Below are positions 59,876-64,000 of a DNA stretch of 64,000 nucleotides, in pieces. The DNA is from Betaproteobacteria bacterium (GTDB lineage: Bacteria > Pseudomonadota > Gammaproteobacteria > Burkholderiales > SG8-41), in contig OMIN01000031.1 of assembly GCA_900299145.1 (NCBI GenBank), forward strand, positions 249 to 64,248. Reading direction: 5' to 3'. The notes beneath the pieces are model-generated. The model was not told the DNA's origin and made no database searches. It saw only the letters and a list, made by a program, of their open reading frames with translations. The position numbers and the translations under genes are program-made. Numbering within the stretch: position 1 is the first letter of the stretch; each line of letters opens with the position of its first letter.

Positions 59876-62800
59876 ATGAAGCTGAAATTCAAGACGCAGG
59901 CATTCCAGACGGCAGCCGTTCAGGCTGTGGTGGATTGCTTTCAAGGGCAACCGCTGGCCTCGCCCGCCGCCATGAGCTACCGCATCGATCCCGGCAAAGT
60001 GGCACAGGGGCAGACCATTGGCAGCACGGTGGGCAGTGAAGATGGCTTCCGGAATGCCGACTTGAGGCTCGGCGATGCCGCCTTGCTGGACAACATCCAG
60101 AAGGTGCAGCGGGCGCAGAACCTGCCGGTGTCCGCCGAGCTGGTCAAGACCAGGGTGGCTACGGTGAATCTCGACATCGAGATGGAAACCGGCACCGGTA
60201 AGATCTACTGCTACATCAAGACGATTTTCGAGCTGAACAAGCGCTACGGCTGGAGCAAATTCATCATCGTGGTGCCCAGCATCGCCATCCGCGAGGGGGT
60301 GGCCAAGTCGCTGGAGATTACCGCCGAGCATTTCCTGGAGACCTATCACAAGAAAGCGCGGTTCTTCATCTACAACTCCAAACAACCGCACCACCTGGAG
60401 AGCTTTTCGTCGGATGCGGGCATCAACGTGATGGTGATCAATGTGCAGGCATTCAATGCCAAAGGCGCAGATGCTCGGCGCATTTACGGCACGCCAAAGG
60501 TCAATTCCAAGGGACAATCCGTAATGGTCGGCTTGGACGATTTCCAGTCGCGCAAACCAATCGACGTGATAAATGCAAATCGCCCCATCCTGATTCTGGA
60601 CGAACCGCAGAAGTTGGGAGGCGCGGCAACACTGAAATCGCTGGAGGAATTCAAGGCGCTCATGGTGCTGCGCTACTCGGCTACCCACAAGACCACCCAC
60701 AACAAGATACACCGGCTGGATGCGCTTGACGCCTATAACCAAAAGCTGGTGAAAAAGATTGCCGTGCGCGGCATTGAGGTCAAGGGGTTGGCGGGCACGG
60801 CGGGTTACCTCTACCTGCAATCCATCGAGATTTCAACCAACAAGCCGCTCGAGGCGCGCGTGGAGTTCGAGCAAAAGCTGGCGGGCGGCAACATCAAGCG
60901 CGTCATGCGCAAGCTGGGCAAGCGCGACAATCTGTTCGATCTGTCCAACCAACTCGATCAATACCGTGATGGCTACGTGGTGTCGGAAATCAACGCCAAC
61001 ACCGACACCTTAAATTTCACCAACGGGCTTGAATTGACGGCGGGGCGCGCAACGCAAGACATCACCGAGGACGCGCTGCGCCGCATTCAGATACGCGAGG
61101 CCATCAAGGCGCACTTTGACAAGGAGCAGGCACTGTTCCAGCAGGGCGTGAAGGTGTTGACGTTATACTTCATCGACGAGGTGGCCAAATACCGCGACTA
61201 CGCGGCTGCCGATGAGAAAGGCGAGTATGCCCGCATCTTTGAGGAGGAATACAACCTCTACCTGAACGAAGTGCTCGATCTGCACGAGACGCCTTACATC
61301 CAGTATCTCAAGCGCATTCCCCCCGAAAAGACCCACAGCGGCTACTTTGCCATCGACAAAAAAAGCAAGCGGCTGGCCGACCCCGACGTCGTCAAGCGCG
61401 GCGAGAACGCCGGATTGTCGGATGATGTGGATGCCTACGACCTCATCTTGAAAGACAAAGAGCGCTTGCTGTCGCTGGCGGAGCCGGTGCGCTTCATCTT
61501 TTCGCACTCGGCCCTGCGTGAAGGATGGGATAACCCCAACGTGTTCGTCATCTGCGCCCTCAAGCACAGCGACAACACGATTTCGCGCCGGCAGGAGGTG
61601 GGGCGGGGTCTGCGCTTGTCGGTGAATCAGTCCGGCGACCGCATGGATCACCCGGCCACGGTTCACGACGTGAATGTGCTGACGGTGGTGGCCAGCGAAA
61701 GCTACAAGGATTTCGTCGCTGCACTGCAAAAGGACATCAGCGAGTCTTTGTCAGCGCGGCCACGGGTGGCCGACAAAGCCTATTTCACCGGCAAGACGGT
61801 CACCACAGCCGATGGCATGACTACCGTTACGGAAGACCAGGCCACGGACATCGAGTTTTATTTGATTCAGAATGGCTATGTGGACAAAAAGCGCAACATT
61901 ACCGAGAAGTATCACCAGGACAAGAAAAACGGCACTTTGGCGACGCTTCCCGAGGAGCTGACGTCCATTGGCGAGCAGGTTTTCAAGCTCGTGGACGCTG
62001 TCTTCAGCGACGGCCTGTTGCCCGACATCGGTGACGACCGCCGGCCGAAAAAGAACCCGCCCAACGCCAACTTCGAGAAGCAGGAATTTAAGGCGCTGTG
62101 GAGCCGCATCAACCGCAAGGCGGCCTACAGTGTGGCGTTTAATTCAGACGAGCTGGTGAAAAAGGCGGTCGATAGTCTAAATCACAAGGACACCGGGTTG
62201 CGCGTAACGCCGTTGCAATACACGATCCAGCGTGGTGAACAAGCGGCTGCCGTGACCTACGATGACATGAAAGGCGGCAATGCATTCGAGCTAAAGGCCA
62301 TGCAGACCGAAGCCAGCTACGTTTCGACCCATTCTGCCGTGAAGTACGACCTCATCGGCAAGCTGGCCGATGGCACGCAACTCACGCGCCGCACCATTGC
62401 GGAGATACTCAAGGGCATCAATGTCGCGGTATTTGCGCAGTTCAAGACCAACCCGGAGAGCTTCATCGCCGAGGCGATCCGCATGATTAACGAGCAAAAG
62501 GCCACGATCATCATCGAGTATCTGGCCTATGATCCGGTCGAGGATAAATTCGACCTCGATATTTTCACGGCGGGGCAAACCAAGCAGGACTTCAGCAACG
62601 CGGTCAAGACACCAAAGCACCACATCTATGATTACGTGTTGCCAGATTCCGGTTCAAATCCGGAGCGCCAGTTTGCCGAAGCATTGGAAGCCAGCGCCGA
62701 GGTGGTGGTGTACGCCAAGCTGCCACGCGGATTCCTGATCCCAACGCCCGTGGGCGACTACAACCCGGATTGGGCGATCACCTTCAAGGAAGGCTCGGTG

Positions 62801-62986
62801 AAGCACGTCTATTTCGTGGCGGAAACCAAGGGCACCATGTCGTCAATGAAATTGCAGCCCATTGAAAAAACCAAGATTGACTGCGCCCGAAAGTTTTTCG
62901 ATGAAATTAACCGGCGGTATGCACCAGAGAACGTCAGGTACGACGTGGTGGATAGCTTTGGCAAGTTGATGGAAGTGTTGAAGTAG
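59876..62986 (+). CDS. res: Type III restriction enzyme Res subunit (Walker A variant)
   Basis: [41 protein letters not shown]...ETKG. Confidence 0.93.
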   Translation: MKLKFKTQAFQTAAVQAVVDCFQGQPLASPAAMSYRIDPGKVAQGQTIGSTVGSEDGFRNADLRLGDAALLDNIQKVQRAQNLPVSAELVKTRVATVNLDIEMETGTGKIYCYIKTIFELNKRYGWSKFIIVVPSIAIREGVAKSLEITAEHFLETYHKKARFFIYNSKQPHHLESFSSDAGINVMVINVQAFNAKGADARRIYGTPKVNSKGQSVMVGLDDFQSRKPIDVINANRPILILDEPQKLGGAATLKSLEEFKALMVLRYSATHKTTHNKIHRLDALDAYNQKLVKKIAVRGIEVKGLAGTAGYLYLQSIEISTNKPLEARVEFEQKLAGGNIKRVMRKLGKRDNLFDLSNQLDQYRDGYVVSEINANTDTLNFTNGLELTAGRATQDITEDALRRIQIREAIKAHFDKEQALFQQGVKVLTLYFIDEVAKYRDYAAADEKGEYARIFEEEYNLYLNEVLDLHETPYIQYLKRIPPEKTHSGYFAIDKKSKRLADPDVVKRGENAGLSDDVDAYDLILKDKERLLSLAEPVRFIFSHSALREGWDNPNVFVICALKHSDNTISRRQEVGRGLRLSVNQSGDRMDHPATVHDVNVLTVVASESYKDFVAALQKDISESLSARPRVADKAYFTGKTVTTADGMTTVTEDQATDIEFYLIQNGYVDKKRNITEKYHQDKKNGTLATLPEELTSIGEQVFKLVDAVFSDGLLPDIGDDRRPKKNPPNANFEKQEFKALWSRINRKAAYSVAFNSDELVKKAVDSLNHKDTGLRVTPLQYTIQRGEQAAAVTYDDMKGGNAFELKAMQTEASYVSTHSAVKYDLIGKLADGTQLTRRTIAEILKGINVAVFAQFKTNPESFIAEAIRMINEQKATIIIEYLAYDPVEDKFDLDIFTAGQTKQDFSNAVKTPKHHIYDYVLPDSGSNPERQFAEALEASAEVVVYAKLPRGFLIPTPVGDYNPDWAITFKEGSVKHVYFVAETKGTMSSMKLQPIEKTKIDCARKFFDEINRRYAPENVRYDVVDSFGKLMEVLK

Positions 62987-63002
62987 TTTTAAACTTCCAC
63001 AA

Positions 63003-63140
63003 CTAAGCAGCTATCTTGCGTAAAGGCTGGACTTTCGCGCCGAACGCCATCCCGTCCAGATAATCCGCCCAGCCCTGCATCATGCGTGGGCGGTCGTCAA
63101 AAATTTGCTGTAGCTCGTCGTTGGCTTGCCGCGATAGCGG
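63003..63140 (-). pseudogene. P4-like integrase C-terminal remnant
   Basis: DDRPRMMQGWADYLDGMAFGAKVQPLRKIAA*. Confidence 0.75.
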
Positions 63141-63189
63141 CCCCAAATTGCCCCCCGGGCTTTTTTGCACACAGGCCCTGTTGGCGGGT

Positions 63190-63598
63190 CTACCGAAGCC
63201 CGTTTACGTGCTTGGCAAAATTATTCAGGATGGCCTGCCATCCGCCGCGCTGCATTTCAACCGGATGTTGCGTTTCAGCATCGAATGTAACGCGCACCGT
63301 CACGCCGTTTTCCTGCGGCAGGAATTCAACCTGTGCCGTACGGTCGCCAAACGAATATTCGATCAGTTCGTGTTCCACGATTTTGGTGTAAGTTCCGGCG
63401 AAGTCAAAACCCATGCTGCCGTCCTTGGCCTCCATGCGTGATGAGAACGTGCCCCCCCACCCGCAAGTCTCCCGCAGCGCGCGGGCAGTGCCAGTCATCC
63501 GACGCGAAATTCCACTTCGTAATCTCGTCGGGGGTTGTATAGGCGCTCCAGGCCCTGGCGACTGGGGCATTGACAACAGTTTCAACGGTGATTTTCAT
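63190..63598 (-). pseudogene. SRPBCC/AHSA1-like protein frameshifted in a G7 run
   Basis: MKITVETVVNAP...DWHCPRAAGDLRVGG / TFSSRMEAKDGSMGFDF...GWQAILNNF; +1 G at 63452-63458. Confidence 0.85.
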
Positions 63599-63842
63599 GT
63601 GTGGCTCCTGGTGTGTGTGCAAAGGCCAAAAATTGCAGCAAGCTATTGCTTGCAACTGCTTGTCGAATGGGAATGTTCAAATTCGACAACGACTGTCGCT
63701 TTTTTTATAACGCTTCAACTTAGCGCAATCTGGCGCTGTCGCGGTATTCGGCAGTTAGCAGATGGGCGGCAGTTGCGCCCGTGCACAACGTGCGCGCCCA
63801 AGGTTGGTGTCATTCGCCAGATCAAGTCGCTAGGTGGGCGGT

Positions 63843-64000
63843 TCAGGCCGCACTGCCATGCAGCGGGATGACTTCCGCGCCCTCTCTCAATAAATCCAGA
63901 TAGTCAGCCCACGCCTGCATCATTTTCCGGCGTTCCGGCAGGTGTTGGGCGCTATTGTAGGCCGCGCGCACCTTGTCTTTTTCGCCGTGGGCCAGCTGGC
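63843..64000 (-). CDS. P4-like tyrosine integrase, C-terminal end (rest beyond window)
   Basis: Hand translation QLAHGEKDKVRAAYNSAQHLPERRKMMQAWADYLD...*; catalytic His and Tyr present. Confidence 0.9.
   Translation of the reverse strand, partial: QLAHGEKDKVRAAYNSAQHLPERRKMMQAWADYLDLLREGAEVIPLHGSAA

Larger units (their letters stand above)
46249..64000 (-). mobile_element. tRNA-targeted genomic island(s), other end beyond window
   Basis: att fragment and integrase at window end are both on minus strand; cargo of IS, R-M and catabolic genes. Confidence 0.75.

Overview
High-GC, betaproteobacterial-looking chromosomal window in three parts. (1) 1-36 kb: a conserved core block (ppiD, map-glnD, def-mtnP-ligA-zipA-smc, queF, dapC-dapD-pilU-prmB) flanked by catabolic accessory loci. 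These are three tandem CitE-like lyases with an HMG-CoA-lyase-like gene, two tandem ketopantoate-reductase-like genes, three Bug/TctC receptors and a LIV-type ABC transporter. (2) 36.5-43.9 kb: a partial type II secretion operon (gspL-M-N-D-E-F, no pseudopilins in the window). (3) 43.9 kb to the end: a mosaic of tRNA-targeted genomic islands. It has a tRNA 3' att fragment with arm-type repeats at 46249-46344 and three separate P4-like integrase fragments. Cargo is a predicted sigma54/NtrC-controlled atzF-ABC-atzG-atzE-atzH-gntR nitrogen-scavenging operon, in which the AtzG-like subunit is fused to the ABC ATPase. An intact IS3 without target duplication and a decayed type III R-M/YhcG module follow. 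All assignments come from motif recognition by eye; no database searches were run.
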